From the NCBI GenBank assembly GCA_044892525.1, contig CM097885.1, positions 24,492,001 through 24,556,000 on the forward strand: a stretch of 64,000 bases of DNA, given 5' to 3'. Shown one piece after another: positions 51,426-64,000 of the stretch. Under the pieces are notes generated by a model. It searched no databases and had not been told where the DNA came from. It was given only the letters and a program-made list of their open reading frames with translations. This stretch comes from Schmidtea polychroa. Taxonomy: Eukaryota. A program made the translations under genes and the position numbers. How positions within the stretch are numbered: position 1 is the stretch's first letter; every line of letters begins with the position of its first letter.

Positions 51426-52658
51426 TTAATCTCCTCTAACATTCTCAATTATTGAAATCTTTCCACCATATAACTTCATTTCTATTTTCTTTTCTTCAAG
51501 AATTAATGTATATATTTTTGCTTTAAAATTAAAATCCTTTGTTATATGAAGAGTAACATCAACATTATTTATGGTTAATCTATCATCTTGATCTGAAACA
51601 TTTATACAGAATATAGAATACAAATTTTTGAAATCTTCTAACTTAATTGTGGTTTTCTTTTGAAGTCTTGGCATATTTGAATATAATTTTTATATGGAAA
51701 TATATTTTCATTGTTTTCAACATTAAACTCCATTCCATTTACTGGATAATAAGAATTATTCAATTGAATTTGAATTGATTTTAAATTATCATCTCCAATC
51801 TTTTGAATAAACAAGTTGTTATTTTTTTGAAAGGATCGATCTAATTCTTTGAATCCAATTAAAATATATCTTGGACGATATGCTAAATTTGCTACCTTTA
51901 TAGAGTATGTTGAACCTTTTCTCATGTCAAATACACTACAAATTCTATTTAAATAATTAACATTTATAGACTTGTTGGAATTTAATCTTTCAAGGAGTTT
52001 AATTTCAGCATGTGGATTTAATGTCCATTCGGGTATATTTGTATCTGCAGCTCCATAGAATAATACTTTATCATCTTCTATTCTATTGTATGAAAGCATA
52101 TACGATTATAGTTTTGAAGGAATCCAAATAAATATTTTAATTCAAAATAACCTTCAAATTTTTTAGACTTGTAAAGTTTAACACGTTTATTATAACCATA
52201 ATTTGTATCTAAATCATCTTTATCTGTATCACCTTTATTTACATCAGGGATACAACCTGTTAATTCACCATATTCATTTTTGTAATCACAACCAGTCAAA
52301 ACAAAATTTAACATTGAAGAATATACACCTGGATACAAAATATTTGCAACTTCTGAGGGTCCTAATTTTAATCTCATGTTGGAGAAGAAATTTGGGAAGA
52401 AATTATTTTCTAGGGTTATATCTTTGTTTGGTTCAATCTCTAATTCAATTTTGTAATATAATTTTGCATTACAAATATCTATAGGGTTTGATGTTTGAAG
52501 AGATTGAAAAACCATATCACCTGAACGATTTAAATTTGAAATGGAACCAGAGGTTGGACAAATTTTAAGTACATCATTTTTCTTAATTTCATGAATAAAC
52601 TGTTATAATCAAGATTTAATTTATTTTTTTCTGAAATCTCGAGATTTATATTGTTCAT
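51426..52658 (-). pseudogene. Polinton major capsid protein (double jelly-roll), several frameshifts
   Basis: NNFFPNFFSNMRLKLG, LKYLFGF, RPRYILIGF, IQLNNSYYP, FKNLYSIFCINVSDQ across overlapping ORFs. Confidence 0.82.
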
Positions 52659-52688
52659 TTTTATAATAGAATTTTTAGAATTTTATAA

Positions 52689-53094
52689 TATAATCTTGGG
52701 TATGAACTCAAACCTTGATTCGAACTCAAACCTTGGGTACTAGTGAGAATCTTGGGTACTAGTAAATTCACTAGTACCCATAATTATTTAAAATATTATT
52801 TCTCAAGCACCCATCAATATTTAAAAAATATTAAAATGATAAAATTATTAAAATATAGAAATGTGAAATTATTAAATCCTTGAATTATTGAAATTATTTT
52901 TATTTTAAAATTATTAAAATTATTTTTATTTTAAAATTATTAAAATATTAGATTTGTAAGTAGTGGGAATAATGGGAATCGTTGGTCACACCATCCCAAC
53001 CACCCGAAGGGTGAGCGAGTAAAAAATAACTTGTTTCTTTTATGAGTGAATTGGGTGGGTGGTGTGGCCAACGATTCCCATTATGCCCACTACT
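52689..53094 (-). repeat. Right TIR of the Polinton
   Basis: Reverse complement of the left TIR. Confidence 0.92.
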
Positions 53095-53649
53095 TTCAAA
53101 AGATAGGATTAAAAATAGTTAATTTAAAGGATATTGTGGACAATGAATTATATAAATAATAAATTAAATGAATAATAAATAGCTAATTAATAATTTAGGT
53201 TGGTAAAACAACCATTTTTGTTGTAAACTAAATTCTCACTTATGAAAAAGCAAACTGTAGAGAACGTAGAATTTATTATTAATTATTACTAGGATAGAAT
53301 ATCCTTGTAATTAAATTTTTTTTGCATAAAGATCTGAAATTTTGAAATTTTAAAATTTATCAATTTAATTTATTATTTAAGTAAACCCCAATGAGTTGTA
53401 ATAATTGTAATAATTGCAAATAGATGGTTTAAATTCTTTGGGTTAAATCCTTGATTTTAATTTTTATTAATTAAAATTGTAATTACGTTGGAAAAGGAAT
53501 CTAGATAGTTAGACTCACTTTGATTTAACATGGATTCGTCCGAGTTGGAATTGGATATAATTTGTTAATGTCAGGATAAGCGGAAACATAATTTTAAAAA
53601 TATATAGAAATGTCTCAATCCAGTAGCCACGACGAGAAGGAGCAGGACA

Positions 53650-56583
53650 ATATATAGACCCTTCCCATCTGAAAATGTAGTTGTCCTTCTATCTTCCTTT
53701 TTGACTTTAAATTGATTGTATCCTTTATTAAGATCTATTACCGTAAAATATTGCACCTCCCCCATCTGATTGAACATTTCCTGTGGAACAGGAATAGGAT
53801 ATGTATCTTTTCTCGTAACTTGATTCAATTTTCGATAGTCGACACAAAATCTTAAATCACCGTCCTTCTTTTTAACTACTACTATTGATGATGAGAATGG
53901 TGAGGAACTATCTCTTATTATATTAAATTCTTTCATTGATTTGATTTGCCGATCACTTTCTTCCTGATGTATGTATGGTATTCTATACGGCCGTATTTTT
54001 ATTGGGGTTTCGTTGAGTAATGGTATTTCATGCTCAATCACCTGAGTGAGTCCCAGATCATACTCATGCTTTGCGAATACATTTCTATATTTCTTTAATA
54101 ATGAACCAAATTCTTGTTTTTGCAAATCCGTTAAATCGTTGCTTGTGATCTGAGGTTCTTTATAGATTTTGATATTTCTCGGTAACTTCTGAACTTCCTC
54201 TGATTTGATTTTGTTAATTTTCCCAATTTGGTTTTGGGCTTTATTTCAACGTATTTTGCGCTACAATTCGCTATTCTAACTGGTACTGACTTATTTTGGA
54301 CTTTCACTACTTCGTCACACATAGGTACATCGTATTTTTCAACCAACTTTTGGTTTGGCTCAAATATGTACTCCTCATCTGAGACCCTCATGACATCTGC
54401 ATAGTATATTACTTCATTTTTTGGTGGTACTTCCAATATTTGGTTTAGAAATACCTCTCCTACTTCAGGCACTATTTCACCCATTTGTCCTTTTATTAGT
54501 TTTCCAGTTCTCAGATCAAGAGAGACTCCATGTAGTTGCTCCATGACATCCATGCCAATAAGACATTTTACAGGACTTTTTCTCACCATTGATACCCAAT
54601 GAATTATTTCTTGATCTCCAATTATCAGTTTAACTTCTAATTTTCCAACAATATTTAGTGCATTATGTGACATTGATTTAATAATGTGATTCGTTGGTTT
54701 TATTTTGGCTTTCTCCTGATACGTTAAGAAGCTTTCCGCTACTATAGTATGACTTGAGCCTGAATCTAATAAAGCTTCCACTTTTCTTTTGTCAAACTGT
54801 ATGTAAATTTTCGTAATTTACCGTTCCTTCTCCATTCGGTAATACCGTGTCAATCATTTCTGAAATTATCCGTTCCTTCTTGGATGGAAACAACAAATTC
54901 TTTTGAGCTTCTTAGATATCTTCTCTCGCATACAAACCCGTTTGTGCCATTTTGTTTAGTGATGTGAAATTTATCAGGTATTCTAAATTTGTTAATTCTA
55001 GTTTTATATCCCCTCCGATTAATTTCGTGGCTAGCGCGTCTTTCAACTTGGTCCAGTCATTTGCTACTAATCTTTTATCAATTTGTTGCCACGCTTCTCT
55101 GGCTGCTCCTTTCAGGTATAGTGGTAATCTTTGCACCATTATCGATTGGCTCCATCCATAGTCTGTCGCATACATATAATAATCTGCCATAAAGTCGACA
55201 AATAACAGCCTTCCTTGCCGCTGCCCACCGTGGACACAGGTGTTTCGTCATTGTTATTTGTATTATTGGTTAGTCTTTGGGTACTCATTATATTCTCTAC
55301 TAGTTTTTGGCTTCTCAATTTATAAAATGATCGGGTCAACACAGGTTTCACTCTTCTAAAATTTAAAGTGTTACAATTACAAAATTTACCTTTCGTTTTA
55401 ATTTTGACTTTTCAACAATCAATTTCCACAAATATTTTCACTTTGCTTCAATAATAAAATCACCACTTTGATAATTCTCCGATAATGTTCAACACTTTCA
55501 AATAAACTTTTCACTTCAATATTTATTTATTTAATTATTATTATCTTTTTCCAATTTTTCAATACTTTACCAATCTCAAAAAATTTTCACCGATCTTTTT
55601 ATCCCTCGGTAATTTTCGATATATCAATCAAATATTATTAAGATTTTAACAATATTCCACCGACTTTTGATCACGTCGGTATTATCCAATAATTACTCAA
55701 ATATTATCACAATTTCAACAAATTTTCACCGAATTTTAATCACGTCGAGCTCACCAAATATGTTGGGTTTTTAATGTAAGTCGGTACTACGATCTGACTC
55801 CTTTGTGTTCTTTTCAAAATAAATAAACGACCCAACACAAAATCTTTATTAACACTGATGCAGTTAGATTTTTACACTTTTTATTAGTTTACTAACACTT
55901 GATACAATCAGGTTTTGTCTGCACTTTTCAATTTGCCAACAAATCTCACGCAGCGGTAGATCTTCCAACGGGAGATGTCCCTTTCTGGTACGTTCGATTT
56001 TTAAATTATTTATTTTCTACTAACTTTAATGTTTCCTTTTTCGCTCTCGTCAAACTTCTATTTTCTTTTCTTCGACCAACTGGCAGTTTTGTTTACCACT
56101 TGGTAATTGACTTTTTTTTGGTAAATTAGTTTGGGTATATCTTCTTCCGGGCTTCTTCTTGTCTAATTCAATTTAAGGGAATTGCCCCTTTTTCTTTTAC
56201 GGCTCGCGTCACTTTTATTTTATTCGGCTAATTTAATTGCCTTACCAAAATTGGATTGCTAATTCAGGTTTTCTCAAATCGCTCAGGTTTTCCATTGTCT
56301 CGGGTTTCCCATTAGCTCGGGTTCTCCATTAGTTAATTAATTTTTAATTAATTTTTGTTTTTTGTAATTTATTCCTTTTAGGGACCCCCCATTGATTTTA
56401 TTTTATTATAACTGAACTCATCTCATTATGTAGCATTCGCCCATACCAGTTTTCCCCGGAAAATATTCATTTTTAAAATTTTTGATTTTTAATTAATATT
56501 TTGTACTTTAAATTTTTATTTTGAATTTGGTGTTTTTATCGATTTTCACCTCATTTTTGTGCCTTTCCTGTTGAACTCCAACA
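53650..56583 (-). mobile_element. Gypsy element, 3'-truncated (LTR, PBS, gag, protease, partial RT)
   Basis: LTR about 56583-55761 (TGTTGG...CCAACA), PBS TGGTGAGCTCGACGTGA (degenerate tRNA-Trp type), LPLYLKGAAREAW gag, ALLDSGS protease, LRFCVDYRKLN RT. Confidence 0.85.
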
Positions 56584-57400
56584 AAATTAGTAAATAGAAG
56601 ATAAACGAAGACAAAATTTTTTCAGAAATCATATCACATCTTAATGGAAATGAGGCTCATATATCTTATGAAACAATCAGTAGTAGTATTTTCAAGTATT
56701 TAAAAATATTACAGATACAAGGCTATGTATTGATGATTAATATAGATGGAAAATTGCAGTTGTAGTACCTGACACGTACGCAAAAACATTGGTAAATTAT
56801 TTTCATATTGAACTATGCCATCTGGGCATTAAGAAGACCTTATGTTATTTAAAAGATTTTTTCTTTTGGCCATCCATGAATCAGAGTATTACGGAATGTA
56901 TTAATAAATGCAAGATCTGTGCTAGTAGAAAGATTGATCAAGGAAGAACAAAGGAAATCCTATTGCCAAGAATAGGAAAACGGTTTTTAGAACAGATAGT
57001 AGTGGATATTGCATATATGGAAACAAAAGCAAGTAAGAAATATATGATAGTGGTAATATATCGTTTTAGTAAATTGGTCAGTCTATCAGCAACAAGTACT
57101 CAGGATGAATCAACGATTTTGAAGGAGGGAATTCAATATGAGAGACCTTACAAAATTTTAAAATTCCTATCACCAAGACAAGTTGAATTACAATTTCCAA
57201 ACTCAATCATATCAAGAAGAATTGAATGGTTGAAGAGATTCAAAGAAAATGAAGAAGAGGAAAGTAATGTTCAATAATTAATGTTTATTAATTATAGTTG
57301 TTTTTATAATAATAGAACACGTTGGATTATTTAAATATTTAAATATACTTTATTTGCTATTTGTTATTTGTTATTATGATTTGTGAAGAAATTGTAACTA
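56584..57400 (+). mobile_element. Gypsy integrase remnant with polypurine tract and LTR fragment
   Basis: HIELCHLG...CKIC HHCC finger, IVVDIAY, internal deletion, purine tract GAAGAAGAGGAAAG. Confidence 0.75.
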
Positions 57401-57632
57401 TTACTGTTAGGGATATTTAAATAATTAATTTATAAATAAAATATATATTATATTATAAGAAAAAGTATAATAAGTATAAAAGCTGGCACGCATAATTATC
57501 ATTATTATTTAATTAATTAATTCGCCATTTAAATCGGGTGTTTTAATAATACCAGATTTGGGCAATAATTTGTATTTTGCATTTTGTATTAAAAAATAAA
57601 TATTTTTAGATTATTAACTGGTTATTATTAAC

Positions 57633-58753
57633 ATGACGACCCTGGCAATGATCAATAAAATGATCCCGGATATTTACGATGGCAGCGTCGATGTAGACGT
57701 TTTTATTGGAGAATGCAAGAGGTATTTCCAATTATGTGGACTAGAACAATCCAGCCAAAGTATGATGATCAAATGTTTAATCGCAAGAGAGTTGTTGCCA
57801 ATTTATGAAGCAATAGAAGAAAATGAAATTTGTTTTGAAGACAGATTGAAAAAGGCTTTCAAGAAACCAACGACGTTGATAGGGGATTTTCTAACCCTCT
57901 GCAATTATGAAAAGAACGATGATACTGCTCAGTATATTTCGAAAATATAGAAAAGATGGTTGACCAAGTTCTGAAGCACAAATGAAACAAGAAAGAATTA
58001 ATGTCATATTTTTTGGTCCATTGTATCAAAGACAAGGATACACAGAAAGAAATAAAGATGAGAGATGCGATGAGCGTCGACGAAATAAAAGGAGTGATAA
58101 AGAAGGTCGATGATATAAACATTGAAGTATCCGGAATTTCAGTTTTGAATAGAAGGAAGGAAACGTTTGCGAGTATTGTCAAGACGAGACAAGGATTTGC
58201 CGATAGACAGAACCAAAGCAGAACTTTTACAAATTCACAACGAAGTGAACACAGATATGATTCAACACCGAGGATGAAAGCCGATAATTTCCAGAACAGA
58301 TTCCAACAAAGAGAAATGCCGGTTAGAAGCAGACCAGTTATTACATGTTGGAATTGTCAGGAGGTGGGTCATATGAGTCGAGAATGTCGGAAACCAAGGG
58401 TTCAGAAATGCTTCCAATGTGGAAAAGAAGGGCACCAATCCAGAGAGTGCAATCAGAGATTACAGAATGCAGAGATGAGATGTTTTGCGTGTAAAGATAT
58501 TGGACACAACAGAAGAGAATGCCCATCAATATCGTGCTCAGGATGCGGTAGAAGAGGCCACCTACGATTTCAATGCTGGAATCAGACAGACAGAAGAAGA
58601 TACGCAGACGAGCCGGGACCACCGAGACGGACACAGGTAGCCGCGTTTCAGACTGATCAAGCCGAGAACGACGAAAAGATTTCATGCCAAGACGAAGACT
58701 ACCCAAACCAAGAAGCTCCATCGTTGGGCGAGATGATCGGAGCAATGAATTAA
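57633..58753 (+). pseudogene. Gypsy Gag with four CCHC knuckles (frameshift and stop near 57945-57985)
   Basis: CWNC..GH...EC, CFQC..GH...EC, CFAC..GH...EC, CSGC..GH...QC. Confidence 0.88.
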
Positions 58754-61700
58754 TGGGTAATAATGACGATTGTGTATGCCAGTATAATTGTATAAGTAAA
58801 TATAAATATATTAATAGTATTAGTAGTAAAGAGAATAGTATAATTCCTTTTGTAAATAATGTATATAATATAGAAAATATTAATAATAACGTGAATAGTA
58901 TAAGTCCTTTAGTAGATAATTTAAATAAAGTAAATAATAAAATGTTGGATGAGAATAATGAGCTAGAAACAAATTTTAAAAAAGCGAATCAATGTGATAT
59001 AATAGAAAGTGTAAAAAATAAAGTTACGGATATTCATGATGCAATTATTTTAAATATGCCTAATGAAAACAATTTTGAAAAAATAAAAATTGATGACGAT
59101 AATAAAAAAGAATGTAAAAATAATTGTACTCAGATTTTATCGATAGATGACGTAAAAAAATTAAAAAAACCAGAAAATATGATTTATGTACATAATGAAA
59201 AGGATAAAATATTTGATACATGTGACTGTAAAATACAATATAGAAGTGAAACATATTTGAAGAAGGATAATATTGTTTATGATAAAATGGGTGGACGTCC
59301 AAGTGTAATAATAGGCATAAATAATTACTTTAAGAATTGTTTGTTGGATACAGGAGCTAGAATGAATGTGATTGATAGTTCGATTATAAAGGAGATCGGA
59401 AATCCAGTTTTAAACGAACACGGAGACAAAATCTGGTGCGCAAATGGTAGTCCATTAAAAACTTTGGGAAGAATCAAGCTTAGAATAAATATAGGAAGTA
59501 GAGAAAAAAATATTGTTTTTGTAGTAGTTTAAAATGTATCTCCATCGATAATTGAAGGAATCGATTTATTACGTAGGTTTGACATAAAACTAATGAAAGT
59601 TATCGGAAATAACATCGAAAATGCAAGCGAATATAATAATATGGAAATATGCAACATTGAAGCCAAATTTGGGAAAAGAACGAGTGATGAACTTCGATTT
59701 AAAAGAGCAATAGAATTAATAGGATTAAGGTGTGACAACAAACTTTATGGAGTAATAAAAAAAATGCCGAAGTATTTATGATAGATAAGTGGGATATAGG
59801 CAAAACCAATATATTAAAGCATGATATTAAAACTGTTGAAGGACCAATCCATTTGAACCCAAGAAGACAGCCAGCCCACCTAGAAGAAAAGATTGAAGAA
59901 GCTATTAAAAATTTGGAAGAAAACGGCATAATTAGGAAGTGTGACTCACCGTGGAATACGCCGTTAGTATGTGTTTGGAAGAAGGAGAAAAATGATATTC
60001 GATTATGTTTAGATTTTAGAAGTTTAAATAAAATGACAGAAAGACAAATCTTCCCAATGCCTAATATCGAACAGATGTTAGATTCATTAAATGAATCAAT
60101 GTACTTTAGCACCATTGATCTGGGAAGCGCGTATTATCAGGTTGAATTGACAGCAAATTCGCAAGAAAAGACAGCGTTCTCAACAAGATCTGGGCAGTTC
60201 TGCTTTAATAGGATGCCATTTGGGATTGCTGCTGCTCCAGCTACATTCCAAAAATTAATGAATATGGTTTTAGGAAAATTATTATGGAAAAATGCTATAG
60301 TGTATTTAGATGATATTTTAATATTCTCAAAAGACAAAGAAGATCATATAAAAAGAATAAATGAAGTATTAGAAAAAATAAAAGAAGCAGGATTGAGAAT
60401 AAATCCTGAAAAATGGAAATTTTTGGTGAAGGAAACAAAATTTCTTGGTCACATTATAACTTGCGAAGGTGTTAAAGTCGATGAAGCTAAAATAGAAGCA
60501 ATAAAGGGGTTTCAAAGACCAAAATGTTTAAAGCAATTGAGGAGTTTCTTAGGACTGTGTAATTATTACAGAAAATTTATAAAAAATTATTCAAAATTCG
60601 CAAGAATATTAGAATCGATGTGCGGAAACAATAAAGACAAGTTAGTTTGGTCACAAGAATGTCAAGAAAGTTTTGAGGAATTGAAGAAAGCACTATCAAC
60701 TACACCAGTTCTAATATATCCTGATTATGAGAAAGAATTTATTTTGGATACGGATGCCAGTTTCGACACTATAGGAGCTGTTTTGTCACAGATTGATGAT
60801 CTAGGTAATGAACGTGTTATTGCCTATGGTTCACATACGATGAGTAAACATGAAATAGGATACTGTATCACGAGAAAGGAACTTTTAGCAATTTATTACT
60901 TTGCACAGCATTTTAAGCACTATCTTTACGGCAAGCGATTCCAGCTAAGAACGGATCACAAGGCTATAAAATTTATGATGACAACAAAAAAACCTATAAC
61001 GGCACAATTTCAGACATGGATAAACTTCTTGAGTAGTTTAGATATGGATATTAAATATCGAAAAGGAATTGACCATTCGAACGCTGACGCATTATCGAGA
61101 GATAAATGTGGGAAATGTACACAGTGTATGGAAGTCCATGAAGATGCCAAGACAGAGAAAGTAAAAACCAGATTGTTGGCAATGACAGCCACTAAACATG
61201 GATTGCAATGGCAAAAAGGTAATGAAGAGATAGAACATATGAGAAAAGCAATAGATAAAAATGAGACTACAAGATTTAAAATCATCGAAGATTTAATTTT
61301 AACAAGAGAAAATAAAATTTGGATTCCAAAAGTAAATAGAATAGAATTTGTCAAAGAGATGCACAAAATGTTGTGTCACGCTGGATGCAAGAAGGTAATC
61401 GATTATATAAAAGTTAATTACGATATGGAGGAATTAAATACAATCGCGAATCAATATATTCAAAGTTGTGAAATATGCCAGAAACGAAAAACATTGACAA
61501 CAAAAACAAAAGAACTAATTGTAAAAACACAAGTGGCGGAACCGTTTGAGGTTATAGCGATAGATTTTTGTGGACCTTTGCAGGCAAACATTCATGGAAA
61601 GAAATATATTTTGGGAATTATAGATATGTGTAGTTGATACATTTCGTTGACAGCAGTAGCAAAGCAGGACGAAAAAACTACAGCGGATACTATTGTGAAA

Positions 61701-61849
61701 TTCTGGATATTAAAATACGGGGCACCGAGAATTATTCATGTTGATTGTGGAAAAACATTTGAGTCTAACTTGATAAAAGAGTTGGCTAAGAATCACAATA
61801 TACAGCTACAATTTTCTAGCCCTTATCATCATAGCCCTTATCATCATAG
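58702..61849 (+). pseudogene. Gypsy Pol (protease, RT, RNase H, integrase), several lesions
   Basis: LLDTGA, RLCLDFRSLN, YLDD, LDTDAS, TDHK, HKMLCHAG...CEIC, IAIDF, HVDCG; stops at 59532 and 61637, frameshift near 59770. Confidence 0.95.
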
Positions 61850-62232
61850 TGGTGGGTTACTGGTGGTTGAATGTTTAAGTGCTGTTACCAGCGTAACCCA
61901 GAATACAACATTGTTTTCCTCTTGGTACCCGTTGAGCAATCAACGTTGGTACTGTACCAAGGGGTTGAGTGCTCGCAAAAAGTGAGCGCGTTAAGAGCAC
62001 TATAATTGTCGAGCACTCTATGGGTTCACGGACGCCGATAGAAGGCACGTGTCCGATTTATTTCGGTCCCTCATCGAGATTGTTTTCCCAAATGCCTTTC
62101 TGTCGTCCATCTTGTTCTAGACAATCGCAAAGTTTAATCACATACTCATTAGACAACAAGAATCATTTATTTAATCACTACTATATTACAAGGTCTGTTT
62201 TACTCAGGAGGGGTCGCACTCTCGAATATTCC

Positions 62233-62673
62233 TCAGGATCGTGGAATGGCTGCAGGCTCTTTCGATTTTTCTTGCTCGGCCAGCCAGGCCCTTTTCAATT
62301 TGTCTCTTGTATTCCGCCCCAGTCGTTTACGTTTCGGCTTGCTTGCCTGGGCAGGTGGATATATCTTGGCCAGCTTTACCGGAAGTGGGCGAATCTGCTC
62401 ACAGAGAGTGTCCTGGATGAACCTTTCGTTCAGTTTACTCTCGAGCGAGCGCACTTGTAGCTTCAGCGCTCGGATTTCGAGTTGATCTTGCTCCGCCTGG
62501 GTCTGGAGTTGTGAGATGTGTGTTGTCCGTTTCTTCATCTCAGCCGGACTGAACCAAGTACCTTTGAGTTCTTGGCACTTGACCTTGAGCTTCTCGACCC
62601 GACTTCGAAGGTCTTTGGCTTGTTGCTGGGCCTGTTCGCGGTCCTTTCGTAGATTTTCGAGGAATTTGTACAC
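62233..62673 (-). CDS. Element ORF2, copy C
   Basis: Open frame after the acceptor-like CTTCGTTTAG; homologous to copies A and B. Confidence 0.78.
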   Translation of the reverse strand: MYKFLENLRKDREQAQQQAKDLRSRVEKLKVKCQELKGTWFSPAEMKKRTTHISQLQTQAEQDQLEIRALKLQVRSLESKLNERFIQDTLCEQIRPLPVKLAKIYPPAQASKPKRKRLGRNTRDKLKRAWLAEQEKSKEPAAIPRS

Positions 62674-62997
62674 TAAACGAAGATAATAATGAAGTTCCAT
62701 AACTAGCCTTCATATGCGTAAAAGTGATTCGATTAATTGTATAGAATTAATAGATGAAGGATAGGGAGGGTCATCTCGTCCCTGGGGACACCCCATACGC
62801 AATAAGACCTATATGCAATGACTAAAAGATGATCTATTATACGACGAATATGCACGATGAACAATAATATAAAAGTTCTAATAATAAAAATTTCACAAAT
62901 TGTCATAATTGCTACAAAAACAGAAAAATCAAACGCAACACAGTATCACTAATTGTATCACTCAAATAATTTCGTCCGAATTGTCACTACTGATGAG

Positions 62998-63363
62998 TTA
63001 GACCGGGTTCTTGCGGGGCCTTCCTCGTTTTCGTGGAGGGGCATCTGCCTCCTCCAGCTCTTCGGGGGTTACTCCCTCTGCTTCGGCTCTGAGCTGGAGT
63101 TCGAGTCTCCTCAGCCGCATCTGGGCCACTTCTACTTCGACGGCCGCTCGATCGCGGGCTTCTCGCAACTCATTGTTGGTGGGCTCTGTTTTCACCCACG
63201 CCGGGGCATCGGGCTCTGGGCCACTTCGGATGACCGGACCGTAATTATCTAGGTCCAACCCCCGGTTCCAATCGTGGATCCGGTACCAGATGTACCGGGT
63301 TCGGAGTCGCGTGATCATTTGATTGTAGGCTTCATCACCGTTAGAGTCGTCAGAGTGAGACAT
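62998..63363 (-). CDS. Element ORF1, copy C (AT-hook)
   Basis: MSHSDD...RLRTRYIWYRIHDW...RKRGRPRKNPV; differences from copy A are mostly synonymous. Confidence 0.8.
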   Translation of the reverse strand: MSHSDDSNGDEAYNQMITRLRTRYIWYRIHDWNRGLDLDNYGPVIRSGPEPDAPAWVKTEPTNNELREARDRAAVEVEVAQMRLRRLELQLRAEAEGVTPEELEEADAPPRKRGRPRKNPV

Positions 63364-64000
63364 TCTATAATACACAGCCTGATATGAGTCTTTAAGGGAC
63401 TCGGACAACGGAGTTCATAATTAAAACCTTGCATTCAAAGTTAATCATTTTCGATAGTTGTAACTTGAAAAAAAAATTTAATGAAGTTGTATGACTAGAG
63501 AAACGACTGCAATTACAACCTGGATTTCCGCAATTAATTTTTAGTTAAAAAGAAATTCAAAAGTCCTGCGTAAATTTTTAGTAAATCTTACGCTTTAACT
63601 GAATATATCCTAAAATTGATAACTAAACATATCCTAAAATTGATTAGCAATTAACTTTGTTTAATTTAATCATTTAAATTTTCAGAATCTTATTTACCAC
63701 TAGATGGTAATTCAAAATTTTATACATTAATTTTTCCTACTAATTTATGAAATTAGACCATTTTGGTAATTCACCACTAAATTCGGGTGCACTGGGGCGA
63801 TAAGTATTAGTGACGAGCTTAGTTTCTCGTTTACTTACTGCTCCCTCGGTTGTGCTCGTCGTGAGTAGTATAATCTTCTCTGGCTAGCTTGGAAGTAATT
63901 TATTTATTAACAATAAATTTTCAATTTCAGGTACGTTTGGTGGGAATGGCCGATTTTAACTTTTGAGAGATTGTCATACGACTCCTTGCTGGTACTTTTG

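Larger units (their letters stand above)
41555..53094. mobile_element. Polinton/Maverick (adintovirus-like), both ends present, internally decayed
   Basis: Termini AGTAGT...ACTACT; 6-bp TSD TTCAAA at 41549-41554 and 53095-53100; long TIRs; pPolB, penton, protease, ATPase, integrase and major capsid genes. Confidence 0.96.
57405..61849 (+). mobile_element. Gypsy element (LTR about 57405-57633, gag, pol) interrupted by copy C
   Basis: TGTTA...TAACA LTR, degenerate PBS TGACGACC, Gypsy domain order PR-RT-RH-IN. Confidence 0.92.
61850..64000 (-). mobile_element. Two-ORF TG...CA element, copy C (3' part; extends beyond the window)
   Basis: Terminus TGGTGGGTTAC at 61850; colinear with copy A 8600-9429 and 15553-17103. 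Confidence 0.88.

Noticed and set aside
61647..62460. ORFs 61647-61985 and 61969-62460 as genes
   Set aside because: The first is integrase reading into the copy C terminus; the second is an off-frame overlap of ORF2 and the non-coding 3' end.

Overview
Very AT-rich, intron-containing eukaryotic (invertebrate-like) genomic DNA; the taxon cannot be fixed from the sequence. Two host genes sit in the middle: a multi-exon class III PI3-kinase (Vps34/PIK3C3, about 18.1-35.5 kb, +) and 40S ribosomal protein S2 (36.6-37.4 kb, -). Most of the rest is nested mobile DNA: a Polinton/Maverick with both ends and a 6-bp TSD (41555-53094), several Gypsy LTR retrotransposons, a BEL/Pao relic, hAT/Tc1/Mutator-type MITEs and a type I hammerhead ribozyme. 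The main unexplained system is a family of about 6-kb elements present three times (A 5387-17103 +, B 9430-15552 - nested inside A, C 61850-end -). They end in TG...CA, copy B has a 4-bp TSD, and they encode no recognisable transposase or RT. They carry a 5' block with heat-shock elements and a TATA box, two conserved orphan ORFs (one with an AT-hook) and a covarying 3' RNA structure. They may be giant solo LTRs or integrase-mobilised non-autonomous elements. Also notable are a ubiquitin fused to the BEL/Pao Gag, a PLA2-integrase fusion and an adenovirus pX-like protein in the Polinton, and a conserved -1 frameshift signal in two Gypsy copies. All alignments and translations were done by eye; no searches were run.
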